The position numbers and the translations under genes are program-made. From positions 36,952,001-37,016,000 of the forward strand of contig NC_043001.1 in NCBI RefSeq assembly GCF_006345805.1: a stretch of DNA of 64,000 bases. Reading direction: 5' to 3'. This stretch comes from Octopus sinensis. Its lineage: Eukaryota. Below are positions 1-11,522 of this stretch, piece by piece (position 1 is the stretch's first letter; every line of letters starts with the position of its first letter). A model generated the notes under the pieces. That model saw only the letters and a program-made list of their open reading frames with translations, did not search any database and was not told the origin of the DNA.

Positions 1-13
1 GCAGTGATCGTAC

Positions 14-331
14 ATGATGTCACACAGCGAAGATACCAAGAGGCCTGTCAAGGCAAATCTAATTGGATCGAACAGTAAAAATAGTAAGAGAAAGAGGAAT
101 GAAAGCTACTCCAACTACATCTATAAGGTTATGAAACAGAACCATCCCGATACTGGAATATCCAAAAAGAACCCGTGACTATCATAAACGGTTTTGTTAA
201 TGACTTGTTCGAGAGAATCGCCGAAAGCCAGTCACTTGGCTCACTACAGCAAACGTTCGACCATCAGTAGTCGAGAGATTCTTACTGCTGTCTGACTTTT
301 GCTTTCTGACCAATTTGTCAAACATGCAATA
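14..331 (+). pseudogene. H2B: Histone H2B pseudogene (two frameshifts, one premature stop, 3' truncated)
   Basis: Manual translation from ATG 14 gives [52 protein letters not shown]. After a frameshift near 175 it reads IINGFVNDLFERIAE, and after one near 226 [34 protein letters not shown]. This matches the H2B core. TGA at 293 sits where the Arg (CGA) of TAVRLLL is expected. Confidence 0.88.
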
Positions 332-394
332 TTACTTTGTAAACATTTTGTGTGAGTGGGTGGGGGGTGCGCGTATGTGTGTTGTTTTATTCAT

Positions 395-778
395 ATACTT
401 GTTTCAGTCGGTTAACTGCGACCATGCAAGAGCACCGCCTGGAACCTTTTTTGTCGAACAATCGACTCCAGTACTTATTTTTTTAAGCCGAGTACTTTTT
501 CTATGAGTCCTTTTGCCGAACGGCTAAGTTACGGGACGTAAACACACCAGCACCGGTTGTCAAGCGGTGATGGGAGACAAACACAGACACAAAGACACAC
601 GCACATGTGTGTGTGTGTGAGTGTATACAATGTGCTTCTTTCAGTTTCCGTCACTCATAAGGCTTTGGTCGGCCCGAGGCAATTACAGAAGACACTTGAC
701 CAAGGTGCCGCGCAGTGGGACTGAACCCGGAACGATGTGGCTGGGAAGCAAGCTTCTTAACAAATAGCCACGCCTGCC
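395..778 (-). mobile_element. SINE family A (tRNA-like head, internal TA/TG microsatellite, GTAAAAGA tail)
   Basis: Reverse-complement copy of the element seen at 1923, 8556, 29014 and 54937. Confidence 0.85.
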
Positions 779-907
779 TGTAAATGGGATGCGGTGAATA
801 AACTGCCGTCTAAATTACGCAAAAAGGAAAATAACATTGATATCTCATTTTAACAGATATATTTACCGAAATTACATGAAAATATCAGGAAATACTAAAG
901 ACTAAAT

Positions 908-1510
908 TTATTCAATTAAATCGCCATTGGCTTCAACCGCGGTCTCCAGACGATTTCAGAATCTCCTGCAACTCTTCTAAATGGTCTTCTTGATTAAGTT
1001 GATGAATGCTGCCATAATTCTTGCCTTCAATTCAACTTTGGTGTTACAAGGAGTTTTGTTGACCTCCCGCTCAACTGCGCCTCACACATAGTAATCAAGG
1101 ACGTTTCAATTTGAGTTAGGTGGCCAGATGATAGCGGTGATGTGGTCGCAGAAATTGTCTGACAACAACTAGGTTTTCCTGCTTGTGCGGTATAGTGCAG
1201 AGTCCTGTTGCCGGACATAGGGACTTCCAGCAGCCACCAGGGTAGCATTATATCCTGCTTGATGTAGGCCTGTGTTGAGTTTAAAGCCGTGTGGGAAGAT
1301 GAATGGAGGCATAACGTCGCCATCGCTAGTGATCACTCCAAACACCATGATGTTGACTGGATGTTTGATTTTTATCACTCTGAGTACATATCCTTATATT
1401 GCACTTTCCTCAGACTGACACCCAAACACCCTGAAATGTTCATATTAGAACCCCCGGCGCGAATGCCAAGCAATACAATATGTAGTTTCCAAATTTCAGG
1501 CAAAGTGAAT
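908..1510 (-). mobile_element. Decayed Tc1/mariner-superfamily transposase, DD37D (maT)-like
   Basis: Minus strand reads KHPVNIMVFGVITSDGDVMPPFIF...QQDSA...IWPPNSN*NVLDYYV*GAVEREVNKTPCNTKVELKARIMAAF...ANGDLIE*. The third catalytic residue is D (LDY). Spacing is 35 in this copy, with two codons apparently lost. Confidence 0.8.
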
Positions 1511-1922
1511 TGCATCATGGTGCCGTTTTTTCTACAGACGGTGCCCTACTGACTGTACTATACTGTGTAGTCGACAAAATCAAAAATAAAGAATGCGCAT
1601 GCGCAAAATTAAATATATATAAAATGACGACAATTTACCCACCACATCCTGTATGTGTGTGTATGTTTGTGTGCGTGTGTGCGTGCGTGCGTGCATGTGC
1701 GTGCATGCGCGTGCGTGTATGTGTGTGTGTGTAGTATCTGAAGTGTACAGTATTATATATCCATTACTGCCGATATTGGTAAGGTCAACAATAATGATAT
1801 AATAGTGTATCCTTCGGATAATATACCCAGTCTATTGACAGATATACAAATATACGAGTGCATTTTTATCTGACGTATGGACTCTTTGACAACCTACATA
1901 TATATATATATATATATATATA

Positions 1923-2110
1923 GGCGTAGGAGTGGTTGTGTGGTAAGTAGCTTGCTTACCAACCACATAGTTCCGGGTTCAGTCTCAAAGCATGGAACTT
2001 TGGGCAAGTGTCTTCTAATATAGCTTCGGGCCGACCAAAACTTTGTGAATGGATTTGGTAGACGGAAACTGAAAAGAAGCCCGTCGTATATGTGTATATA
2101 TATATATATG

Positions 2111-2155
<45 letters not shown>

Positions 2156-2386
2156 ATGTGTGTGTATATGTTTGTGCGTATATGATTGTCCCTAACATCG
2201 CTTGACAACCGATGCTAGTGAGTTTACGTCCCCGTAACATAGCGGTTCGGCAAAAGAGACCGATAGAATAAGTGCTAGGCTTCCAAAGAGTAAGTCCTGG
2301 TTAGATTTGCTCGACTAAAGGCGGTGCTCCAGCATGGTCACAATCACATGACTGAAACAAGTAAAAGAGTAAAAGAGTAAAAGAGT
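1923..2386 (+). mobile_element. SINE family A
   Basis: Head GGCGTAGGAGTGGTTGTGTGGTAAGTAGCTTGC, internal (TA)/(TG)n, tail (GTAAAAGA)n. Confidence 0.9.
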
Positions 2387-2396
2387 ATATATATAC

Positions 2397-2458
<62 letters not shown>

Positions 2459-2813
2459 CGAACGTAAAATTTCAGTGAATTTTCCTTCTTTTTAAATTTT
2501 TACCAAAATTCACCACTACTCTTGTGTCATGGTGCATGAAATGTGCCATTTCAAGAAGCTTCGCGAACTTTGGTCAGAGAATATTTCAGTTGGTTAAATA
2601 TCCAACCAACTAATATATTTTATTGTTGTTTGACAAAATTAGTTCTCTGGATATTTAACCAATTGACAAATAATAAAGAAAAGGGGTGGAATTGAACCAG
2701 TGTGTGTATTAATTATATTAACATAACTGTCCCTAGCCAGAACAAAATTTACTTCAACACACGAATTCACATTATCTTGCAAGCCATATATATATAAGAA
2801 TTATATACATATA

Positions 2814-3228
2814 GGCGCAGGAGTGGCTGTGTGGTAAGTAGCTTGCTTACCAACCACATGGTTCCAGGGTCAGTCCCACTGCGTGGCACCTTGGGCAAGT
2901 GCCTTCTACTATACGCTCGGGCCGACCAAAGCCTTGTGAGTGTATTTGGTTGACGGAAGCTTAAAGAAGCCTGTCGTATGTATATATGTGTGTATGTGTG
3001 TGTTTGCGTGTGTATATGTTTATGTGTCTGTGTCTGTCCCCCAACATCACTTGACAACCGATGCTGGTGTGTTTACGTCCCCGTAACTTAGCGGTTCGAC
3101 AAAAGAGACAGATAGAATAAGTACTAGGCTCACAAAGAATAAGCCCTGTGGTCGATTTCTTCGACTAAGGATGGTGCTCAAGCATGGCCACAGTCAAATG
3201 ATTGAAACAAGTAAAATATTCAAAGAGT
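2814..3228 (+). mobile_element. SINE family A
   Basis: Same head, body and tail as 1923-2386. Confidence 0.9.
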
Positions 3229-3239
3229 ATTCATATATA

Positions 3240-4915
3240 TATATATATATATATATAACGGGAAGGTTTACGAAAATAAACAAAAGACGAAGGCAGATGG
3301 AGTTCAAACAAACAATTGTATTAGTATGGCGCTCAGGAATAGAAGTAAAACAAGTCTTTTACGTTTCGAGCCTACGCTCTTCAACAGAAAGATACACAGA
3401 AAAGAAACAAGGAGAGAAACAAGGAGAGAAAAAGAAAAAAAATGCGTGCAGGAGCTAACGATTGAACATGGAGTTCTGATTTCAGCCAGAAGTCAGAGAT
3501 CAGGCGTTAGACGCTAGAGGGATAGTAGGAGAGATAACAGGGTCAAGTGACCTCGCCCCAACATAAGGGTGCATGTGTGTATAAGAGAGTATGTATGTGC
3601 GTATGAAAGGTCTGGACGTGTGTATGTATGTATGTATGATGTGATGTGTAATGTCGTATGGTGTAGTGTAGTGTAGTGTAGTGTGGTGTGATGTTGTGGG
3701 GAGGTGGGGGCGAGAGTGTGGAAAGCCCATGTGGGGTGTGTGTTTGGCTGGGGGTTGGGGTAGAGTGGGGGTTGTGGGGAGAGTGAAAGGGGGAGAGAAG
3801 AGAGAGAAGGGAAGAGAGATGATGGGGAGGTGAGAGAGGAGATTAGGGGAGAGGGGAGGAGGAGGGAAGAGAGATGAGGGGGAGGGGAGAGAGGAGATGA
3901 GAGGGCAGAAGGAAGGTGAAGAGGAGGGGGATGGGAAAAGAGGGGAAAGGAGGATGAGGGTAGGGGGAGAGAAGGGGAGCGAGGGAGCAGAGAGAAAGAG
4001 AGAAGAAGAAAGAGGGAAGAAGAAGAGGGAAGAAGGGAAGAGGAGGGAAAGAGAGTAGGGGTGAAAAGATGAAGGACTGAAGAGAAGTAGGAGTCGGGGG
4101 GAGGTTAGATGAAAAGAGGGGGAGAGTTGAGACCAAATGGCGTAAAAGAGCGAAGAGTGAAGGTTAATTCCTGTTCACGGCGCAAACGGGAATCCGGATG
4201 GCCTCTGTGCAAGGACAATCCGAACACAGACAGATGTTGCAAGGAGTGACCGGTGGAGCGGAAATGGCGTGAGACCGGTGTGTCATTGGCAAGGCGGATG
4301 TCACGGAGGTGTTCCGCGAACCGGTCAGCCAAGCGGCGTCCCGTTTGTCCGATGTACAGGGAATGGCAGAGAGAGCAGGAGATGCAATAGATGATATTGC
4401 TGGAGGTGCAGGTGAAGGAGTTGATGATGCGATAGGGTCGATGATGGGTGCCAGTGAGGAGGGTGGTGTTGGAGAGGTAAGGACAAGTGCGGCAACGTGG
4501 GCGGGAGCAGGGGAACGAGCCAGGTTGGGAGGTAGGGTCAGGGAAGAAGCTGTGGACCAAGAGGTTATGGTCTCGTTTGAAGGAGGTGAGGGGTCAGTTA
4601 GGGAAGAGGTGGGAAGTGGACGGGTCGGACTGGAGATGCCGGAAAGCTCGAAGAATGGTGCGTTGGAGAAGTAGGGTCGTGGAGTGGTAAGTGAGGGGAA
4701 AAGGGAGGCGGGAGACTACAGGGCAGGTTCGGGGGGAGAGGGCAGATGCACGGTCTACGGAACGTGCTCTGGCAAGGGCGGTGTGGATAGTGGTGAGGGG
4801 GTATCCACGTAGGATGAAGTGGCGAGCCATGAGTTGAGACTGAGTCTCAAAGTCATGGTCGTCACTACAGAGCCTACGTAGACAGAGGAATTGGGAATAG
4901 GGGTATATATATACA
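3240..4915 (-). mobile_element. 5'-truncated Penelope-like retroelement: RT C-terminus, GIY-YIG endonuclease, CT-rich 3' region and pLTR with hammerhead-like motif
   Basis: ORF 4105-4560 contains FPCSRPRCRTC...FTCTSSNIIYCISCSLCHSLYIGQTGRRLADRFAEH...RLRREQELTFTLRSFTPFGLN. Upstream is YPYSQFLCLRRLCSDDHDFETQSQLMARHFILRGYP, the typical PLE post-RT segment. Confidence 0.9.
3355..3392 (-). ncRNA. Minimal type I hammerhead-like motif in the PLE 3' end
   Basis: UCUUU-CUGUUGA-A-GAGC(GUAG)GCUC-GAAA-CGU-A-AAAGA. Stem I is 5 bp, stem II 4 bp, stem III is the palindrome ACGU. Core has A6U. Confidence 0.65.
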
Positions 4916-5370
4916 CTTCGTTCTTTTTTTAAGTCCATCAGATGTTGAGGTACATCTTCTCTCCACCAGACTTCACGAAAGCTTTGAACATTGTTCAAAG
5001 CTTTAGTGAAGACTTATGGAGAACAGAGATGCCTCGACATCTGATGGACTTTAAAAACGACATCGCTGATGGAGCAGAATATATGACATGTCATCGTAGC
5101 AATGCATATGCAAATTCTAGCTGTCAGGTGATGAGGATTTCTCATTAACATCATTTTGGTTTTAATGAAACACTGTACAGTATTTAAATGACATTTGATC
5201 AACTATTTTATTGGTACTATAAAAGAATTCTTTTAAAATAATGCAAGCTATAAAAATGAATAATACGCTGCAGCGTACACAAAAATCTCCCATGTGTTGA
5301 TTTTATAGCATACGTGCTTACACTAATAAAAAAGAAAGTGTAATTTTTATGGTACGAATATATGAATATA

Positions 5371-5585
5371 TAGGCGCAATGGCCTAGTGGTTAGGGCAGC
5401 GGACTTGCAGTCGGAGGATCGCGGTTTCGATTCCCAGACCGGGCGTTGTGTGTGTTTATTGAGCGAAAACACCTAAAAGCTCCACGCGGCTCCGGCAGGA
5501 GGTGGTGATCCCTGCTGTACCCTTTCACCACTCTAAAGGCGGTGCTCCAGCATGGCCGCAGTCAAATGACTGAAACAAGTACAAA
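5371..5585 (+). mobile_element. Chimeric SINE: family B (tRNA-Arg-like) head fused to family A 3' tail
   Basis: 5371-5533 matches the family B head. From CTAAAGGCGGTGCTCCAGCATGGCC the sequence matches the family A tail. Confidence 0.8.
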
Positions 5586-7910
5586 AAAAAAAATATATAT
5601 ATTACGTAAATACACACATACACACATGCAAATACATACAGTATACACGGCACACACACACATTCACATATATATGTACACATACACACATATGAACATC
5701 GATGTCATAGAATGATATTTAAACTAAAACTGGAAAGCTCCAACTTAATAACTCAATCATTTCTAAAAGCATAACACATTAATTCACTTTTTACTTCGGA
5801 AAATGACATGTATGCACATGCAACTTTTTTCTTTTTTTACTTTGACTAAAAACATTGATTCTGTTAGCTATGTACCCACAAGCGTCTTCGCTCACCAACA
5901 AATACTGTACCAACCTCACCACATTTTTTTTATGTCAGAGTTGCTTTACTGTCCTTTGTTAACTCTCCAATGTGTATACATGTACAATTCATATGTGTGT
6001 GTCTTTGTATGTTAAATCACAAACCCGTGCGCTGCTAACATGTGATCCAGTATAAACTGTATTCATGGTTGTGGGGGAGAGTACTGACTAAACTTGTCAG
6101 GAATGCCAAGTGAGGAATTCACTAGAAATCAAACAAGAGAAATTGTGGTTGAGCGTATCTGTTAATATTAAGTAAGTTTTAATAAAAGAGTACAACTTGT
6201 TAAAAACAAAACAATCAACAGCCGCTCATCTTAAATCCAAAGATGGATCTGCTTTAATCGGGGATTCTGGAGGTATTCTGTAAAGATTGGTAGAGAGTTC
6301 ACAACTGTTTTTTCATAATCCATCCCCTATAGATGAGAAAGTCATAGAAAGCTTATTGCAGTATCATGTTATTTAAAAAATGGATAAGGATTCTAATATA
6401 CATGTCAAAATTGCCATTAGACAAGTCAACTAAGGGAAAATCTCAAGAACTTAGGGATACCTGATATTTACCTTTGTTTATCTCCAATAAAATACATTCT
6501 ATGCCCGTATTGTATAAATAACATGTAACTTTAAGGGTACTTTCACCATATGTAAATTAGCGTGACCACTACCTAAATTCATGTACTTAACATGACTTTC
6601 AACAAGACAGGATATATTTCTGTGTATTTAGATATTTGAAAAAAGCAATTTGTTTTTATGATATCTTAGCTTGATTAAAAGACTTTATTGCTTTCATGAG
6701 ACCAATAAAAATATTTTAACAGGTCTGGTGTCATAAAATATTATTAGGGGCATATGAAGAAAAAATGAAGATTTTTTTATTCAATTTAAGCTATAAAATT
6801 AGCTAATTTCGTTGTAGGTTTCTGTTCAATAAGGTAAGTGTAGCCTGTGTAACTAAATAGACAAGTAGTGACAAGATGTGGAAACAAATGAAGAATAAAT
6901 AAAATACTTGCTGTGTCAGTATAGAAAAATGGACATTAAAAAATATACTAAAATGAACTGCAGGGTGTTAGCTTAAACAGAAGCGCTATTCTATAAGGGA
7001 GGAGTATGCTTGTACAGATGTATATAAAGATCAGCTATGCTGGAACCTTCATTAAAAGCTCCTACACAATCTAGCAGAAAAGAGGAAAGTCACGGCAATA
7101 TTGTAAAAGGCACAGAAATAGAAAAATAACAAATCTCAGCAGTTTGATCCCAGCATATTTCCACCTTCAGCCAAAATCAGTATGTTAACTTTTACTTATA
7201 TCTGAGTTCAACTTTAGTTATGCAAAATGTTTTTTCATAGCAATTCATTAAAAACCTTTGCATTTCCTTCATTTCATTCAGTGATGTAACAACAAAACAA
7301 TACAAAAAAAAATTGTATGAAATTTGAAAGAAAATACAAAACAAAATCAGTAACTGAAGATTCTAGATTATGTAACTATTTCATTTTATAGTTTAACATT
7401 ATCTAAATTACAAATATATCATTCTTTTTTGAAACAGTGGATCTTGAACCACATAAAGCCACAAATATTTCCATACAAATATTATGCCAAAAGAAAAAAA
7501 ACCTCTTGCATAGTAAAAGTCAACAGCTACCCAAGGGATATGAACTTACGTATCCTGTATGTATGACAAGGCTTCAGCCACAGGCGTTCTTTGACCTTTC
7601 CCATCAAAATGGGTCTTCCAGCGATTATCTATAGCTCTATGCCCTCAGATCCACTCTTCCAAAAAAAGAATTATTTCACACCTCTTGTAAGTTTATAAAA
7701 TTCTTATAATATCAACAAAATATATAATTGTTTATAATATGTAATTGAAAAGTAATTTTATTGTTTTTAGTTACATAACAGCTATATGTTCATTCCATTT
7801 TCCTAAGAAATAATATCTAAATATTTTGTTGATTTTTAATGTGTTATAGAAATTATATACATACATACATGCATACGCGTGTGTGTGTGTGTGCGTTTAT
7901 ATATATATTA

Positions 7911-8288
7911 CTCTTTTACTTGTTTCAGTCATTTGACTGCGGCCATGCTGGAGCACCGCCTTTAGTCGAGCAAATCGACCCCAGCACATATTCTTTGTAA
8001 GCCTAGTACTTATTCTATCGGTCTCTTTTGCCGAACCGCTAAGTTACGGGGACGTAAACAAACCTGCATCGTTTGTCAAGCGAAGTTGGGAGGACAAACA
8101 CACACACACACATACATATATATATACGACAGGCTTCTTTCAGTTTCCGTCTACCAAATCCACTCACAAGGCTTTGGTCGACGCGAGGCTATCGTAGATG
8201 ACACATGCCCAATGTGCCACGCTGTGGGACTGAATCCGGAACCATGTCGTGGGTAAGCAAGCTACTTACCACACAGCCAGTCCTGCGA
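7911..8288 (-). mobile_element. SINE family A
   Basis: Reverse-complement copy with full head and tail. Confidence 0.88.
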
Positions 8289-8555
8289 CTTTTCATTTCC
8301 AGTTTACTGGATGGTAGTTTTCAAGCATTTATATATAATTTGTATAGCTCATTGAAAATGAAATAAATAATATGTGTTGTTAAGAAGTCAGCACCTTAGT
8401 TGTATGGTTTGGGATTCAGTTTCATTGTTTGGTACTTTGCACAAAGTCTTTTTTTCTACAGCATAACAAACTGCGTTCATAGCGATATAGCAAGGTCAGA
8501 TGATTACATCTGTAATAATCTAAGATTTTTCAATTACCTAAAAATATTGGTGTAT

Positions 8556-8718
8556 GGAGTGGCTGTGTGGTAAGTAGCTTGCTAACCAACCACATGGTTC
8601 TGGGTTCAGTCCCACTGCGTGGTATCTTGAGCAAGTGTCTTCTGCTATAGCCCCGGGCTGACCAAAGCCTTGTGAGTGGATTTGGTAGACAGAAACTGAA
8701 AGAAGCCTATCGTATATA

Positions 8719-8775
<57 letters not shown>

Positions 8776-9000
8776 GTGTTGTGTTTGTGTGTCTGTGTTT
8801 GTCCCCCTAGCATTGCTTGACAACCGACGCTGGTGTGTTTACGTCCCCGTCACTTAGCGGTTCGGCAAAAGAGACCGATAGAATTAGTACTGGGCTTACA
8901 AAGAATAAGTCCTGGGGTCGATTTGCTCGACTAAAGGCGGTGCTCCAGCATGGCCGCAGTCAAATGACTGAAACAAGTAAAAGAGTAAAGAGTAAAGAGT
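8556..9000 (+). mobile_element. SINE family A
   Basis: Full copy with (TA)n core and GTAAAAGAGTAAAGAGT tail. Confidence 0.9.
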
Positions 9001-10053
9001 ATGAAGCCAAACATTTGATGATGTTGGAAATTTTCCTTCTTTAACTTGTAGGTAACAAATTATAAATTCAATAAATACAAATTATGTCACAGATGCAAAA
9101 GCAATGTACACACAGCAACAAACAAAATCAACTTCAGCCAAATACACTCAGTGTATTGATAAAACCTGACTGAAAAACTGAACTGCAAAAGTTGCAAAGA
9201 TCAGTGGTTCTGCCAGTTTATAGAGCTTTTCATTTCTAGTTTACTGAACGGTAGTTTTCAAGCATTTAACCCACAACCACTACTATGTGAACAGCAATCA
9301 GTATTGACAATGGTAGCACTTATTAAGAGAAATGTGTGGAAAGGGTCATCTGAAGTGGAAATCTCAGCCGAAATGTTGGAAGTAGAGGTGACAGCAGGAA
9401 TATGTAGGTGAAAGTTACTCACTGGTTGTCAATACATAAGAGATAAAAATATGAACATATATACTTTTATTTTTAGCAAACGCCAGCAAGAATACCAAAA
9501 TTGACGGCAATCATTGACGTGACAGTAATACTATTTTTTTTTCTTGTTTATTTTCTGATGCAAGTAAAGAATGTTATTCAAAGTCACTTTGTTAAAACCA
9601 TCAGTTTTCTTTTCATTATTAATTTTTATTGCTTTTTAACTTTTTTAATATTTTTCTTATTGCAGAGAAACAGGACTTCTCATTAAATCTTCATTTCTAC
9701 TAAATATCTTACACCTCAACTTCAGATCCATGTTAAGTGAAAAAATATTGTGTTGGAGATATCCACATGGTATTTATAACAATAATTATCATTATATATT
9801 ATATATATATATATATAATATATATATATATGTTATGTAATAAGTCCCTTCATTTCCTAATAGCAGAGGTGTCTGTAAACAACCTTTTGACATGAAATGT
9901 TACGTTAATAAAAAACATATACCACAGAACATGAATAAATTTTTATCTTTCTGCTTGAATAATTTAGATTGATGTACATGTAGTAGTTATTTAATGATAG
10001 TAAAATATATACATTTCTTTTGTAAATCTTTCCAGTTCTTATCAAAATACAAC

Positions 10054-10329
10054 ATGAAGCAGTATTTGAGAAATTACTTAATAATTGCTGCCTTCTGTTG
10101 TATTGGAGTGATACTGTCTGCAGAATCTTCAGAAGTTGAAAGAAATCGTGCTGTTGAATCTCAAAACTATGCATTTATGGACAAACCAAATGGATACCAA
10201 CGCCGAATGCTACCCCATCTTTTACGAATTCGAAGAGACTTTGGATTTAATTTCAAGGAGCCTGAATATGAGCAAGTATGTGGACCATATAAAGTATCAG
10301 ATGCCTTGTCTGCTGAGCGAACTCCATGA
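10054..10329 (+). CDS. Putative secreted prepropeptide, 91 aa, unknown family (neuropeptide-, venom- or defence-peptide-like architecture)
   Basis: MKQYLRNYLIIAAFCCIGVILSA (basic n-region plus hydrophobic h-region) / ESSEVERNRAVESQNYAFMDKPNGYQRR / MLPHLLRIRR / DFGFNFKEPEYEQVCGPYKVSDALSAERTP*. A pyrimidine-rich acceptor ...TCTTTCCAG ends at 10035, the start context is AACATG, and AATAAA is at 10416-10421. The sequence is non-repetitive. Confidence 0.7.
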   Translation: MKQYLRNYLIIAAFCCIGVILSAESSEVERNRAVESQNYAFMDKPNGYQRRMLPHLLRIRRDFGFNFKEPEYEQVCGPYKVSDALSAERTP

Positions 10330-10415
10330 AAATGCAAATTTTTAACGAATTGCCCATAGTCGTGTATCTCGTATTTCTTCAAATGATACACTTGAATTTA
10401 ATATTTACAATTAAA

Positions 10416-10421
10416 AATAAA
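10416..10421 (+). terminator. Polyadenylation signal AATAAA of the putative peptide gene
   Basis: 87 nt after the stop, preceded by ATTAAA. Confidence 0.5.
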
Positions 10422-10546
10422 GTTACTATAGCTCTATATAAAGATTTGTTTTATTATTCTTACAGTGAATGTAAAGCTAGGTTCTTAATTATTTATGTTA
10501 TTATCGGTATAAAGGCGCAAACAGTTGCATACTTAAGACTGCTGTA

Positions 10547-10756
10547 GACGCAGGCATGGATGTGGGGTTAAACAGCTTGCTTCCCAACAGTGGGGTTTTG
10601 AGTTCAGTCCCACTACAGGGCATCTTGGGCAAGCGTCTTCTTCTATAGCCCATGGCCAGCCAAAGCCTTGTGAGTGGATTTCGTACATAGAAACTGAAAA
10701 CTCATTGTATACATATGTATACATACGAGTGTGTGTATGTGTGTGTTTGTGTGTGT

Positions 10757-10803
<47 letters not shown>

Positions 10804-10955
10804 ATATTTGTGTATATCCTAGTCTTGACATAATGTGATTGATATAAAGCAGCGTGTTGTTCATTTTCAATCTTCCGTAAAAAATATGTTTGGTTATGTG
10901 AATATTACCTTGCTTAGACACAGTTGAAGGTTGGCTACAGGAAAGGCATCGAGAA
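10547..10955 (+). mobile_element. SINE family A variant with a different 3' half
   Basis: Family A head, (TG)n core, then a divergent tail ending GGTTGGCTACAGGAAAGGCATC. Confidence 0.65.
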
Positions 10956-11387
10956 CGGAAAAATTGACGTCAAATAATAATCATGAAGCTGATGATCAAG
11001 AATGTCCTTTGTTAAATATTTAGGTCTTAGCTGTAATTCTGAATAAAGTCTTACAAGTAGGAGAAAACGACATACGTAGATACATACATATATACATACG
11101 TACATAGATAAATACGTACGTACATTCATACATATACAGTTCAAGTTTACAGAAAACAAAAACTGAAGATGTGTGAAGCAACAATCAGCTCTTTTATCAG
11201 TTTGACGCTCGGAAAGAATGGAATATTACGTTTAAAGTTCATCTAACAAATTTTCTTAGATAAGATAAGTCATAAATTTCTTTTTAAAACAATATTGTTG
11301 AAATTTGTTTGATTTTTATTGCAAAAATATTGATTTCTATATTGTTATTTGTTAATTATAAGTTACGATACGTATATTTACTTATTA

Positions 11388-11423
11388 TCATTATTATCAT
11401 TATTATTATTATTTTTATTAACA

Positions 11424-11454
<31 letters not shown>

Positions 11455-11480
11455 TATTATTATTATTATTATTATTATCA

Positions 11481-11520
<40 letters not shown>

Positions 11521-11522
11521 CT
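11388..11522 (+). repeat. (ATT)n microsatellite
   Basis: Direct reading. Confidence 0.95.

Noticed and set aside
4309-4690. Plus-strand Gly/Glu-rich ORFs
   Set aside because: Antisense shadow of the PLE GIY-YIG ORF
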